DNA from: an uncultured Rhodospirillales bacterium
GTDB lineage: Bacteria; Pseudomonadota; Alphaproteobacteria; CACIAM-22H2
DNA: 64,000 nt
Assembly (NCBI GenBank): GCA_937926175.1
Contig: CALANV010000030.1
Span: forward strand, 451 to 64,450
Direction of reading: 5' to 3'
The notes under the pieces were generated by a model. It was not told the origin of the DNA. It made no database searches and saw only the letters and a list, made by a program, of their open reading frames with translations. Position numbers and translations under genes: made by a program. Within the stretch, counting starts at the first letter, position 1. Each line of letters opens with the position of its first letter. Shown here one piece after another: positions 38,856 through 48,339 of the stretch.

Positions 38856-40496
38856 TCAGACCTCCGCCGCGCGACCCTTGAGCGCGAACAGTCCGCGCGG
38901 GCGCCGCTGGATGAACAGAATCACGGCAACCAGCACGAGGATCTTGCCGAGCACGGCACCGGCATAGGGCTCAAGGAATTTGTTGATGACGCCCAGTGAC
39001 ATCGCGCCGAGAAGCGTGCCGTAGAGGTTGCCGACGCCGCCGAACACGACGACCATGAACGAGTCGACGATATAGGCCTGGCCGAGATTCGGGCTGACGT
39101 TGTCGATCTGGCTGAGCGCCACGCCGGCCATTCCGGCGATGCCCGAGCCGAGTCCGAAGGTCAGCGCGTCGATCCGTCCGGTGCGAATTCCCATGGCCGA
39201 GGCCATGCCCCGGTTCTGGGTGACGGCGCGCATGTAGAGGCCGAAGCGCGTCAGGCGCGTGGCGAGGATGACGGCAGCCAGCACGGCGAGGCTGAACAGG
39301 ATGATCCAGATGCGGTTCTGCGTGACCGTGATGCCGCCGGCGATCTCGATGGCGCCGCTCATCCAGGACGGGCTGGCGACCTCGCGGTTGGTCGCGCCGA
39401 AGATCGAGCGGACGGCCTGCTGCAGGATCATGCTGACTCCCCAGGTCATCAGCAGGGTTTCGAGCGGCCGCCCATAGAGGTGGCGGATGACGCTGCGCTC
39501 GAGCGCGATACCCAGCGCACCGGCGACCACGAAGGCCGTCGGGATCGCCAGGATCGGCGTCAGCTCCGTCAGGCCGAGCGCGTATTCGCGGACGAGCTGC
39601 TGGACGACGAACGTGGCATAGGCGCCGATCATGACCATCTCGCCGTAGGCCATGTTGATGACGCCCATGACTCCGAAGGTGATGGTGAGGCCCATCGCCG
39701 CGAGCAGGAGCACGGCACCCAGGCTCAAGCCCTGGATGAGGTTCTGGACGAGGCGCAACGTCGCAAGGCGGCGGTCGAGCGCGGCCACGGCGTCGGCGGC
39801 CCGCCGGCGAACCTCCGCATCCGGCTCGCCGTCCGCCGCAAGCTGCAGAAGCATGGCGCGAACCTCGACGTCGGCGGCCCCTGCGAGCCCGGCGATACCG
39901 GCCAACCGTTCCGCCCTGTCGTCGCTCAGGAGTTGGGTTGCGGCGAGGCTCAAGCGCAGCTGCGCCAGCACCTCGGCGTCGGTCTCGGCCGCGATGGCCT
40001 TGCGCAGCAGCGGCAGATTCTCGACCGAGCGGGTTTTGAAGACGCCGATCGCGGCCTCGAGCCGTTCCCTGGGATCCGGACTGAACAGAACGAGACGGCC
40101 GAGCGCGCCGCGCAGCGTACTGCGCAGCCGGTTGTTGAGCCGTACCGTCTCGTAGTCGTCGGGATTGAAGGAAACGAGCGTCTGATTCGTGACCGGATCG
40201 TACGCGCGCGTTCCGTCCTGGATCGCTAGTGCGCCATCGGCCTTGCGTACCAGGAGCTGCCCCTCGCTCATGGCCCGCAGCACCGGGACGGCGCGCGGAT
40301 CGCCGAGATCCGCCAGCCGCTCGACCGCAGCGGCGCGCGCGGCGAATCCATCGGCGCCGAGTGCGGCGACGGCGTCGGCGAACGGATCGGCATTGGTTGC
40401 CCGCACGCCAAACCCGAGCAGGAAGGCGCAGAGGACCAATACTCCCCGAACGAGACGCATCGGTGCCTTGCCGATCATAGATCTGTTTTCAGCCAT
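38856..40496 (-). CDS. urtB: Urea ABC transporter permease UrtB with a long N-terminal periplasmic extension.
   Basis: C-terminal LivH-type permease (VLLLAAMGLTITFGVMGVINMAYGEM...). About 250-aa N-terminal Ala/Leu-rich repeat region preceded by a signal sequence. Confidence 0.85.
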   Translation of the reverse strand: MAENRSMIGKAPMRLVRGVLVLCAFLLGFGVRATNADPFADAVAALGADGFAARAAAVERLADLGDPRAVPVLRAMSEGQLLVRKADGALAIQDGTRAYDPVTNQTLVSFNPDDYETVRLNNRLRSTLRGALGRLVLFSPDPRERLEAAIGVFKTRSVENLPLLRKAIAAETDAEVLAQLRLSLAATQLLSDDRAERLAGIAGLAGAADVEVRAMLLQLAADGEPDAEVRRRAADAVAALDRRLATLRLVQNLIQGLSLGAVLLLAAMGLTITFGVMGVINMAYGEMVMIGAYATFVVQQLVREYALGLTELTPILAIPTAFVVAGALGIALERSVIRHLYGRPLETLLMTWGVSMILQQAVRSIFGATNREVASPSWMSGAIEIAGGITVTQNRIWIILFSLAVLAAVILATRLTRFGLYMRAVTQNRGMASAMGIRTGRIDALTFGLGSGIAGMAGVALSQIDNVSPNLGQAYIVDSFMVVVFGGVGNLYGTLLGAMSLGVINKFLEPYAGAVLGKILVLVAVILFIQRRPRGLFALKGRAAEV

Positions 40497-40556
40497 GGCG
40501 GGTGGGCGGCCGGTGGAGGGCCAGGATCCTGACGGTCAGGTCCCGGCCCGTCCGAC

Positions 40557-41846
40557 TCAGTTCTTGAACCGCGGCTCGGTGCAGTTGCCGCAGACCCAGG
40601 GATAGGTCCAATTGGCGACCTTCCCCTTGTTCTCGGCGATGTAGGGACTCCACGCATCGGCGACGATCGGCCCCTTGGTCTGCCAGACGATTTCGAACTG
40701 GCCGTCTTCCTGGACCTCGCCGATCATAACCGGCTTCGACAGGTGATGGTTCGGGTGCATCTGCACGTCGTAGCCCGACAGCGACATCACCTTCTGCCCG
40801 TACATGGCCTGCCGAACCGCATCGACGTTCGTCGTGCCCGCCTGCTGAACGGCCTGCACCCACATCTTGAAGCCGATGTAGTGCGCCTCCATCGGGTCAT
40901 TGGTGACGCGCTTCGGATTCTTGGTGAAGGCGTGCCACTTCTTGATGAAGGCCTCGTTGATCGGATTCTTGACCGACTGGAAGTAGTTCCACGCGGCGAG
41001 ATGGCCGACGAGCGGCTTGGTGTCGATGCCGGCGAGTTCCTCTTCACCGACCGAGAACGCCACGACGGGAATGTCTTCGGCCTTGATGCCCTGGTTGCCG
41101 AGTTCCTTGTAGAACGGCACGTTGGCGTCGCCGTTGATGGTCGAGATCACGGCCGTCTTCTTGCCTTCGGAGGCGAAGCGCTTCACCCGGGCGACGATCG
41201 TCTGCCAGTCGGAGTGACCGAAGGGCGTATACTCCTCCATGATGTCGGCATCGGCGATGCCCTTGGAGTGCAGGAAGGCACGCAGGATCTTGTTGGTCGT
41301 GCGCGGATAGACGTAGTCGGTGCCCAGCAGAACGAAGCGCATCGCCTCGCCGCCGTCCTTGCTCATCAGGTATTCGACCGCCGGAATCGCCTGCTGATTC
41401 GGCGCCGCACCGGTGTAGAAGATGTTTCGCGACGACTCCTCGCCTTCGTACTGCACGGGATAGAACAACAGCCCGTTGAGTTCCTCGACGACCGGCAGCA
41501 CCGATTTGCGCGAAACGGACGTCCAGCAGCCGAAGACGACGTCCACCTTATGAACCTGAAGCAGTTCGCGCATCTTCTCGGCGAAAAGCGGCCAGTTCGA
41601 GGCCGGGTCCACGACCACGGCTTCGAGCTTCCGGCCCAGCAGACCACCGGCCTTGTTCTGTTCTTCGACCAGCATGACGATCGTGTCCTTGAGCGTCGTC
41701 TCGCTGATCGCCATCGTCCCCGAAAGCGAATGCAGGACGCCGACCTTGATCGGCGGTTGTTGAGCTTGCGCCGGCATGAATGCAGACGCGCACGCCGTAA
41801 TAGCCGCTGCGAACAGACCGCCGCGGACCCATGACGATTTCGACAC
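40557..41846 (-). CDS. urtA: Urea ABC transporter substrate-binding protein UrtA. GTG start with GGAGG RBS.
   Basis: Signal peptide plus LivK/amide-binding periplasmic fold (KVGVLHSLSGTMAISE...). Minus strand gggcagaGGAGGcaagtcGTGtcg. Confidence 0.9.
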   Translation of the reverse strand: MSKSSWVRGGLFAAAITACASAFMPAQAQQPPIKVGVLHSLSGTMAISETTLKDTIVMLVEEQNKAGGLLGRKLEAVVVDPASNWPLFAEKMRELLQVHKVDVVFGCWTSVSRKSVLPVVEELNGLLFYPVQYEGEESSRNIFYTGAAPNQQAIPAVEYLMSKDGGEAMRFVLLGTDYVYPRTTNKILRAFLHSKGIADADIMEEYTPFGHSDWQTIVARVKRFASEGKKTAVISTINGDANVPFYKELGNQGIKAEDIPVVAFSVGEEELAGIDTKPLVGHLAAWNYFQSVKNPINEAFIKKWHAFTKNPKRVTNDPMEAHYIGFKMWVQAVQQAGTTNVDAVRQAMYGQKVMSLSGYDVQMHPNHHLSKPVMIGEVQEDGQFEIVWQTKGPIVADAWSPYIAENKGKVANWTYPWVCGNCTEPRFKN

Positions 41847-41897
41847 GACTTGCCTCCTCTGCCCGTTATCGGCCGCGGAAGCGGCCGGAGGTGATCA

Positions 41898-41914
41898 AGC
41901 GAGAGTCGTGCCAG
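41898..41914 (-). promoter_or_regulatory. Candidate sigma54 (RpoN) -24/-12 promoter for the urt-ure operon.
   Basis: Minus strand reads cTGGCACGactcTCGCTt. Perfect -24 TGGCACG, GG-N10-GC spacing, -12 TCGC (one mismatch to TTGC). Lies about 50 nt upstream of the urtA start. Confidence 0.5.
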
Positions 41915-42180
41915 TCTCGATCGGACTGCGCCGGAGAGAAAAATGGACCGGAATTCGGCAGTTACCTGCCGCCATTTTTGGCGGAACGCGCTTCGTTGCT
42001 TGCAACTTGAGCGTTTCTGCCTGCGACGTAAGCGTCGCCGGTCCGAATGCACAATTATTCAGCCGATGGTTGCCCCGGACGCCGCCAAAGTCGGAGCTGG
42101 TGCCACTTATTTATGTTGCTTCATGCCGCCGGACGGGTTGCATCGGCCGACGCGGGCCTGCAACGTTGGCAGGTTGGCCG

Positions 42181-42699
42181 TCAGACGCCTTCCTGGCCGA
42201 CGCGGTCCGGCCGGCGGGCCGGATAGGGGCGGCCGAGCACTAGCCGATGATAGACGACGGTCGCGACGAAGACGACGAGCAGCCCGAGACCGAGCGGCGC
42301 GACGAGAAAGCTCCACGAGGCGCCGGTCGACATCACGATCAGCGGATCCGCGCCGGCAGGCGAATGGATCGTGTCGGTGATCATCATGATCACGAGCGCC
42401 GTGGCGGTCGCCGCCGCCATCGCCGCCCAGCCGTTCCCGAGCGTGTGCGCGGCCACGAGGCCGACGACCGATCCCACCAGATGGCCGCCGATCAGGCTGC
42501 GCGGCTGGGCCATCTTGCTGTCCGGCATGCCGAACACGATCACGCACGACCCGCCCAGCGATGCGAGGAGCCAGGGGACGTGCTGCAGCTCCATGAGCGC
42601 GAGCGCCAGCGCGACGGTGGCCGCGCATACGCTCCAGGCGGCGACGAGCTGAAGGCCATTGTGCTGCATCGGGGTGCCGCCGGCCGCGATCGAGATCAA
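42181..42699 (-). CDS. HPP family membrane protein.
   Basis: Four TM segments, conserved GGxxVG and ...TDTIHSPAGADPL region, as in HPP-family proteins. 172 aa. Confidence 0.65.
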   Translation of the reverse strand: MISIAAGGTPMQHNGLQLVAAWSVCAATVALALALMELQHVPWLLASLGGSCVIVFGMPDSKMAQPRSLIGGHLVGSVVGLVAAHTLGNGWAAMAAATATALVIMMITDTIHSPAGADPLIVMSTGASWSFLVAPLGLGLLVVFVATVVYHRLVLGRPYPARRPDRVGQEGV

Positions 42700-43202
42700 C
42701 GCCGCCGCGCAAGCGAGCGGTACTCGACCTGGAATGTCCGCGGCGCCGACGCGATCCGCACGACCTGGAACGTTTGCGCCGCCTGGACGGCCCGCGGCAC
42801 CGGCGACGACTCGACGGGTTGGGTGAGGGACGTCTCCTCGCCCTCCGGCGGCGGGATCCTCAGCGACATCTTGGGATCGGCCATCCGCACCTCGATGGCG
42901 CGGCCGCCGACCTTGGTTCCGTTCATCGCCTCAATCGCCCGCGCCACGGCCTTTGCCGGCGCCAGATCGACGAGCCCATAGGTCTTGGTCGCCCGTGTCA
43001 CGGGATCGCGCGCAAGGAACGCGCCGAGGACTATCCCGTAATCATCGAACAGTTCGGCAAGCTGCTGGTCGGTGAGGCCGGCCGGAAGATTGGCAACGAA
43101 GATGTTGCCACGGAACTTGATGTTGCGTGATGCTCCGCGCCAAGTGCGCGCCGGACGTTTCGGCGCATGCTCAGATGCAATATCGTCAGTATCGCGGAAC
43201 AT
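42696..43202 (-). CDS. RNA-binding protein with a single RRM domain.
   Basis: NIFVANLPAGLTDQQLAELFDDYGIVLGAFLARDPVTRATKTYGLVDLAPAKAVARAIEAMNGTKVGGRAIEV carries RNP2 (IFVANL) and RNP1-like (KTYGLVDL) motifs. ATG at 43202 (MFRDTDD). Track ORF start 43391 is upstream in an AT-rich leader. Confidence 0.7.
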   Translation of the reverse strand: MFRDTDDIASEHAPKRPARTWRGASRNIKFRGNIFVANLPAGLTDQQLAELFDDYGIVLGAFLARDPVTRATKTYGLVDLAPAKAVARAIEAMNGTKVGGRAIEVRMADPKMSLRIPPPEGEETSLTQPVESSPVPRAVQAAQTFQVVRIASAPRTFQVEYRSLARRR

Positions 43203-43661
43203 CTTCTCTCTAGACACGATCGGACACTCTTTACGTTTTATGTTTATGTCGTAACGGGCCGCAAGGCAGGGCAGCGCCGCGGCCAAGCCGTCATTCATCC
43301 ATATCCCGGGACAGGAACAGCCGCGAGTATAGAGGGCACGCGGTACCGAGAGGCACCGAATTGCCGCGATGCAGCAATGCGCCAAGTACATAATAAGGAA
43401 GAGTAAATTTTATGCTTCCTGACCGACGGTCGGCAGCACGCATGGCGCGCGGTGGCCGCGCGTGGGCGCACAGCGAACATGGCCGCGACGCCTTCCCCGC
43501 GCGATGACGGCGACATGAACACAGGACGGCCGCAGCAACGTCGCGCGGCAGACTCGGTCATGCCCGATCCCGGGTCGAGCTTCGCCGCCGGTCGACGCCT
43601 TTCGCCGGCATACGCCGGACGATTATGCTCGCGGGCTCGCAAAACGGGCGGGAGCTGACAG

Positions 43662-44576
43662 GTGCAACACGCCAGAAACGAACCGGTGATCGAGGCCGAA
43701 GGACTGGAAAAGTACTACGGAACGGTCCATGCCGTGCGCGGCGTCAGTTTCACGATTCCGGCCGGCACGTGCGTCGGACTCCTGGGACCGAACGGCGCCG
43801 GGAAGACCACGACGATGCGCATGATCATGGGCCTGAGCCGGCCTTCGGCGGGCCGACTCCGGCTGTTCGGCGCTGCGCCCGGCGCCCTCGGCCGCGATCT
43901 GCGGTCCCGAATCGGCTTGGTGCCGCAGGAGGACAACCTGGATCCCGACCTGTCGGTACGGCAGAACCTCGAAGTCTACGGCCGGTATTTCGGCATTCCG
44001 GCCGCCGAGATCAGCGAGCGCGTGCCGAAACTGCTTGAGTTCATGCAGCTCGCCGAACGGGCCGAGGCCCGCGTCATGCAACTCTCGGGCGGCATGAAGC
44101 GACGTCTGATCATCGCCCGCGCCCTCATCGCCGATCCCGAGCTCGTGATTCTCGACGAGCCAACCACCGGCCTCGACCCGCAGGCGCGCGTGCTGATCTG
44201 GCGGCGGCTGCTCGACCTCAAGCGGCAGGGCAAGACCCTGCTGCTGACGACGCATTACATGGACGAGGCGCAGCGGCTCTGCGACCGGATCATCATCATC
44301 GACGGCGGGCGGGTGCTCGACGAGGGCACGCCGCAGGACCTGATCGGGCGCCACGTCCGCGGGCACGTCTTCGAGGTGATGAAGCCGTTGCCGCCCGGCT
44401 TCGACGACGACGGGATCGAGCGGGAGGACATTGGCGACGCGGTCCTCTACTACACGACCGATCCGACCGAACTCCGGCGGCGGCTGCCGGACGAGGCCAC
44501 CTATATGCACCGCACCGCCAATCTCGAGGACGTCTTCCTTCGCCTCACCGGGCGCAGCCTGCGGGAGGGCAGCTGA
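43662..44576 (+). CDS. ABC-2 type exporter ATP-binding protein (NodI/DrrA-like).
   Basis: Walker A GPNGAGKTTTM, signature LSGGMKRRLIIARAL, Walker B LVILDEPTTGLD. 304 aa. Confidence 0.85.
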   Translation: MQHARNEPVIEAEGLEKYYGTVHAVRGVSFTIPAGTCVGLLGPNGAGKTTTMRMIMGLSRPSAGRLRLFGAAPGALGRDLRSRIGLVPQEDNLDPDLSVRQNLEVYGRYFGIPAAEISERVPKLLEFMQLAERAEARVMQLSGGMKRRLIIARALIADPELVILDEPTTGLDPQARVLIWRRLLDLKRQGKTLLLTTHYMDEAQRLCDRIIIIDGGRVLDEGTPQDLIGRHVRGHVFEVMKPLPPGFDDDGIEREDIGDAVLYYTTDPTELRRRLPDEATYMHRTANLEDVFLRLTGRSLREGS

Positions 44577-44579
44577 TCC

Positions 44580-45368
44580 ATGCGCGCGGCCATCATTCCC
44601 GCCCTCACCCGCTACACCTATGCGGTGTGGCATCGCCACACGCTCGTCTGGCGGCGGCTGATCTGGTCGTCGCTGACGAGCAACGTCATCGACCCGCTGA
44701 TCTTCCTCTTTGCCTTCGGCTACGGACTGGGCGCCATCGTCGACCGGATCGGCGGCATGGACTACCTCACCTTCGTGGTGCCGGGCCTGATGGCGCACGC
44801 CATCATGTTCACCGCGAGCTTCGAGGCCACGATCAGCGCCTATGCACGGTTTCACCTGCAGCGGACCTGGGATGCGATCCTGGCCACGCCGGTGACGCTC
44901 ACGGAGCTGATGTCCGGCGAGATGCTCTGGGCCGCGACCAAGGGCATGATCTCGACGACCTGCGTGCTCACGGTCGGCTGGCTTTGGGGCGGCGTGCCGG
45001 ATCCGGCCGGCGCGCTGCTCGCACTGCCGGTCCTCGCACTCGGCGGCATCTGCTTCGCGAGCTGCGCGCTCGCGGCGACGGCGCACGCGAAGACGTGGGA
45101 GTTCTTCGCCTATTTCTTCACCTTCTGGGTGACGCCGATGTTCGTGTTCTCCGGCGTCTTCTTCGAGGTGACGCGCTTTCCGGGCTTCGTGCAGGCGCTC
45201 GCCTGGTTCCTGCCGATGACGCACCTGATTGCGGTCGTGCGACCGCTGACGGTCGGCATCCCGCTCGATACGTGGGCGGCACTGGTCCACATCGCCTATC
45301 TCGCCGCACTCGCCGCCGCCGCATTCGCCCTTGCCCGCCGCCGGTTCGGCCGCCGCATGTTCGATTGA
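44580..45368 (+). CDS. ABC-2 type exporter permease (NodJ-like).
   Basis: Six TM helices, ABC-2 family pattern. Immediately downstream of the ATPase. Confidence 0.8.
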   Translation: MRAAIIPALTRYTYAVWHRHTLVWRRLIWSSLTSNVIDPLIFLFAFGYGLGAIVDRIGGMDYLTFVVPGLMAHAIMFTASFEATISAYARFHLQRTWDAILATPVTLTELMSGEMLWAATKGMISTTCVLTVGWLWGGVPDPAGALLALPVLALGGICFASCALAATAHAKTWEFFAYFFTFWVTPMFVFSGVFFEVTRFPGFVQALAWFLPMTHLIAVVRPLTVGIPLDTWAALVHIAYLAALAAAAFALARRRFGRRMFD

Positions 45369-45447
45369 GCGGACGCACGACCTTCGTCGCCGATCACGGG
45401 CGGCGAGGTCATCCGGCGTGCGGGTGATCGAACGGGACCGGGCCGGG

Positions 45448-45651
45448 TCAGACCGGCTGGTAATGCCGGCGGTCGGCCAGGACGCCCGCCGCGATCGTCT
45501 TCTCTTCCGGTAGCGGTCCGATGCGACGAATGCGCGCATACTCGATGCCGTCGCACCCGGTGAAGGTGCCGATGACCTCCCATTCGGGCGGCTGCGTGCC
45601 GAAAAGCTGCGTGCCGACGGGGCGGTAACGTTGCGTCTGCGCGGGAAGCAT
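45448..45651 (-). CDS. Small hypothetical protein (67 aa).
   Basis: MLPAQTQRYRPVGTQLFGTQPPEWEVIGTFTGCDGIEYARIRRIGPLPEEKTIAAGVLADRRHYQPV. Balanced composition. The upstream part of track ORF 45448..45834 looks non-coding. Confidence 0.4.
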   Translation of the reverse strand: MLPAQTQRYRPVGTQLFGTQPPEWEVIGTFTGCDGIEYARIRRIGPLPEEKTIAAGVLADRRHYQPV

Positions 45652-45885
45652 GATGTGCGTCAGCTCCGGAACCAACAATGCAGAGATCGACGCATCGCCG
45701 CCGCGTGGCGAGTCACGGCCGCACCATGAGCCACGCGGCGGCTTGCGCACATGGGCGCAGTCCAGCAGATCGCCCGGCGAACGCAAGCCAGAAGCCTGTG
45801 ACATATGCGCGGCGCCGATGAGCCGCCCGGCCACGGGATCGCCAGTGCGGCATTGCGGGCGGCGCGTTCCGGAGGCCCAAGGCGC

Positions 45886-46527
45886 CTAGAACAGGAAGTC
45901 GGCGGCGTCGAGGGCCGCACGGTCGATGCCCGATGCGATCAGCATGTCGCCGTTGCCGAAATCGAACGCGACGAACGGCACGCCGGAGTCCGTCTCCCCT
46001 TGCGTGACGGCCGCCGCGGCGCCGAGCGCGTCCATGCCATCGAGCCCGAAGGCACGCAGATCGATCCGGTCGCGGCCGTCGTCGAACGGTGCGATGACGT
46101 CGCAGCCGGGCCCCGGATCGAGCACGTCGTCGCCCCTTCCACCCAGCAGGCGGTCGTCGCCCGGTCCGCCAATGAGCATGTCGTTGCCGTCGCCGCCGCC
46201 GAGGCCGTCTTCGCCAACAGTGCCGATCAGCGTGTCCGCCCCGTCGGGGCCGACCTAGCCGGGGTGCGGGATCTCGTCCGGCGGCGCGATGGAGATATCG
46301 GTGTTGGGTTCGAGATCGACGAGAAACGGACCGCTGCCGTCGCCGGTGCCGAAGATCCCGCTTTCCTCGGCCGACAGCGTGCCGGAATGGGCGAAGACGC
46401 CGGCCGGGACGAACACGTCGACGCCGTTCGCCGTGGCATAGTCGAACGCGCGTTCGATCGCGGCGTGGTTGTCGGTCGTACCATCGCCGATGGCCCCGAA
46501 GTCCGTGATCGACACATACCCGCTCAA
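45886..46527 (-). pseudogene. RTX (hemolysin-type Ca-binding repeat) protein with a pectate-lyase-like N-terminus, interrupted by an in-frame TAG at 46255-46257.
   Basis: N-part MSGYVSITDFGAIGDGTTDNHAAIERAF... stops at TAG. The same frame continues VGPDGADTLIGTVGEDGLGGGDGNDMLIGGPGDDRLLGGRGDDVL..., which are GGxGxDxL nonapeptide repeats. Frames checked: (46527-46179) is divisible by 3. Confidence 0.6.
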
Positions 46528-46801
46528 CCGAAGCCCCTTCCTGCCGACAAGGACGGCGCGGCCGATGAACCAGCATTCAACGGCCGTCCGGCACCCGCAA
46601 ACGCTACAATGGTCATGGCTTCATTCCTTCGAGGAAGACGGCGGGGTCCCGGCGGACGGCGCGGCGCAAGTTTCGGGTGGCGGTGCAGCGTCCAATTTGA
46701 AAGCAATTGACGGGGTGCGGCCCCGCCATGGGTTGCCTTAGATTTGGCGGGCCTGCGGGCGAGCCCATCCCCGACCCGTCGAAATCCAGGAGCACGTCAT
46801 C

Positions 46802-47140
46802 ATGACGTCCATGACGATCGAGCGCGAACCGGTTTTACCGGTGTTCATGAATCCGGCGCTCATGAACGAGGACGACCGGTGGGCCGCGGTCGTACGGCGC
46901 GCTCCCGCCGCGGACAGGCTGTTCTGCTATTCCGTGCGGACCACCGGCGTCTACTGCCGCCCTTCATGCGCATCGCGCCTGCCGCGGCGGGAGAACGTCC
47001 GGTTCCATCGCACCTGCGCTGATGCGGCGAAGGCCGGATTCCGCCCGTGCAAGCGGTGCCGGCCGAACGGACCATTGCCGACCGAACGCCGGACGTCGAC
47101 CACCGCCGACGCGTGCCGTCCGGTAGAGGCCGCGGCATGA
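46802..47140 (+). CDS. Standalone Ada N-terminal zinc-binding (methylphosphotriester methyl-acceptor) domain protein. No HTH and no O6-MGMT domain.
   Basis: FCYSVRTTGVYCRPSCASRLPRRENVRFHRTCADAAKAGFRPCKRC is the Ada Cys4 zinc site, including the methyl-acceptor Cys. 112 aa only. Confidence 0.75.
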   Translation: MTSMTIEREPVLPVFMNPALMNEDDRWAAVVRRAPAADRLFCYSVRTTGVYCRPSCASRLPRRENVRFHRTCADAAKAGFRPCKRCRPNGPLPTERRTSTTADACRPVEAAA

Positions 47141-47850
47141 ATGCGGACGCCCGGTCCCGGGTTGCGGCGCTGGACTGGCGGCGCATCGCCGACGATCTCG
47201 ACGCCCATGGCCACGCCGTTATCGCCGGCGTTCTGTCCGGCGCGGAATGCGACGCGCTGGTCGCGAGCTACCCAGCCGACACGCTGTTCCGCCGCCGTAT
47301 CGTGATGGAGCGTCACGGCTACGGTCAGGGCGAATACAAATACTTCGCCTATCCGCTGCCGGACATCGTCGCGGCACTGCGCACGGCGCTCTACCCGCCG
47401 CTCGGCGAGATCGCGAACCGCTGGAACGCGGCGCTGAAACTCGACACGCGCTATCCGGCCACGCACGCAGCGTTCCTCGAGCGTTGCCACGCAGCCGGAC
47501 AGACAAAGCCGACGCCGCTGCTGCTGCAATACGGCGAAGGCGACTACAACCGGCTGCACCAGGACCTCTACAGCGAACACGTGTTCCCGTTGCAGGCCGC
47601 GTTCCTGCTTTCCGAACCCGGACGCGACTTCACCGGCGGCGAATTCGTCCTGACGGAGCAGCGGCCGCGGATGCAGTCACGCGCCGAGGTGGTGCCGCTC
47701 GGCCGCGGCGACGGTGTGATCTTTCCGGTCCACCACCGCCCGGTTCGAGGCACCCGCGGCGTCCATCGCGTCAATATGCGCCACGGGGTCAGCCGGATCC
47801 GTTCCGGCCATCGCCATACGCTCGGCATCATCTTTCACGACGCGCGGTGA
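47137..47850 (+). CDS. 2OG-Fe(II) dioxygenase, AlkB-like.
   Basis: QYGEGDYNRLHQDLY (compare E. coli AlkB NRYAPGAKLSLHQDKD). Second His in NMRHGVSRI. RHTLGIIF (compare AlkB RYNLTFR). ATG overlaps the Ada-N stop (ATGA). Confidence 0.65.
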   Translation: MNADARSRVAALDWRRIADDLDAHGHAVIAGVLSGAECDALVASYPADTLFRRRIVMERHGYGQGEYKYFAYPLPDIVAALRTALYPPLGEIANRWNAALKLDTRYPATHAAFLERCHAAGQTKPTPLLLQYGEGDYNRLHQDLYSEHVFPLQAAFLLSEPGRDFTGGEFVLTEQRPRMQSRAEVVPLGRGDGVIFPVHHRPVRGTRGVHRVNMRHGVSRIRSGHRHTLGIIFHDAR

Positions 47851-47952
47851 GCAGTCCGTCATCCGAACCGGATACGGCAGAGCCCGACCGTGGCACTTCG
47901 TTGAGGTGCCTTGCGTTGATATTCGGTCATCTCGAATGAAGGAAGCGACGCG

Positions 47953-48339
47953 ATGCCGAATGCCATCACCTACGCGAAGGTCAACGAGATCATCGGCCTT
48001 GTCGAGCAGGCGCACCGGGCACCAGACGAACGGTCCGATGATCCGCGGCGCGGCGGACCATCCGGCGATCGCGGAATAGCGCACGCGGCACCGCCGATGG
48101 AGCCGCAGCCGGCGCCGGACTGGCCACATGTCGTCACGCGTTATCTCGACGATCTTTCGGATGACGCCCTGACCGAGGTCATCGCACTGTACCATTTCGG
48201 ACGCGGCGACTACGCGCATATCGAGGCTGCCGTTGCGGACGCACGAGGCCGCGCAGGCACACACCGTCAAAAGGTCGCCGAACTCGCCGCCCGTCCCGAT
48301 CTCGCCACCTGTTTGCGCGTGGCACTCGCACAGCGATAA
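47953..48339 (+). CDS. Hypothetical protein, DUF3775-like.
   Basis: LSDDALTEVIALYHFGRGDYAHIE resembles the DUF3775 'L.ELaALmWlGRGDf' block. 128 aa. Confidence 0.45.
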   Translation: MPNAITYAKVNEIIGLVEQAHRAPDERSDDPRRGGPSGDRGIAHAAPPMEPQPAPDWPHVVTRYLDDLSDDALTEVIALYHFGRGDYAHIEAAVADARGRAGTHRQKVAELAARPDLATCLRVALAQR

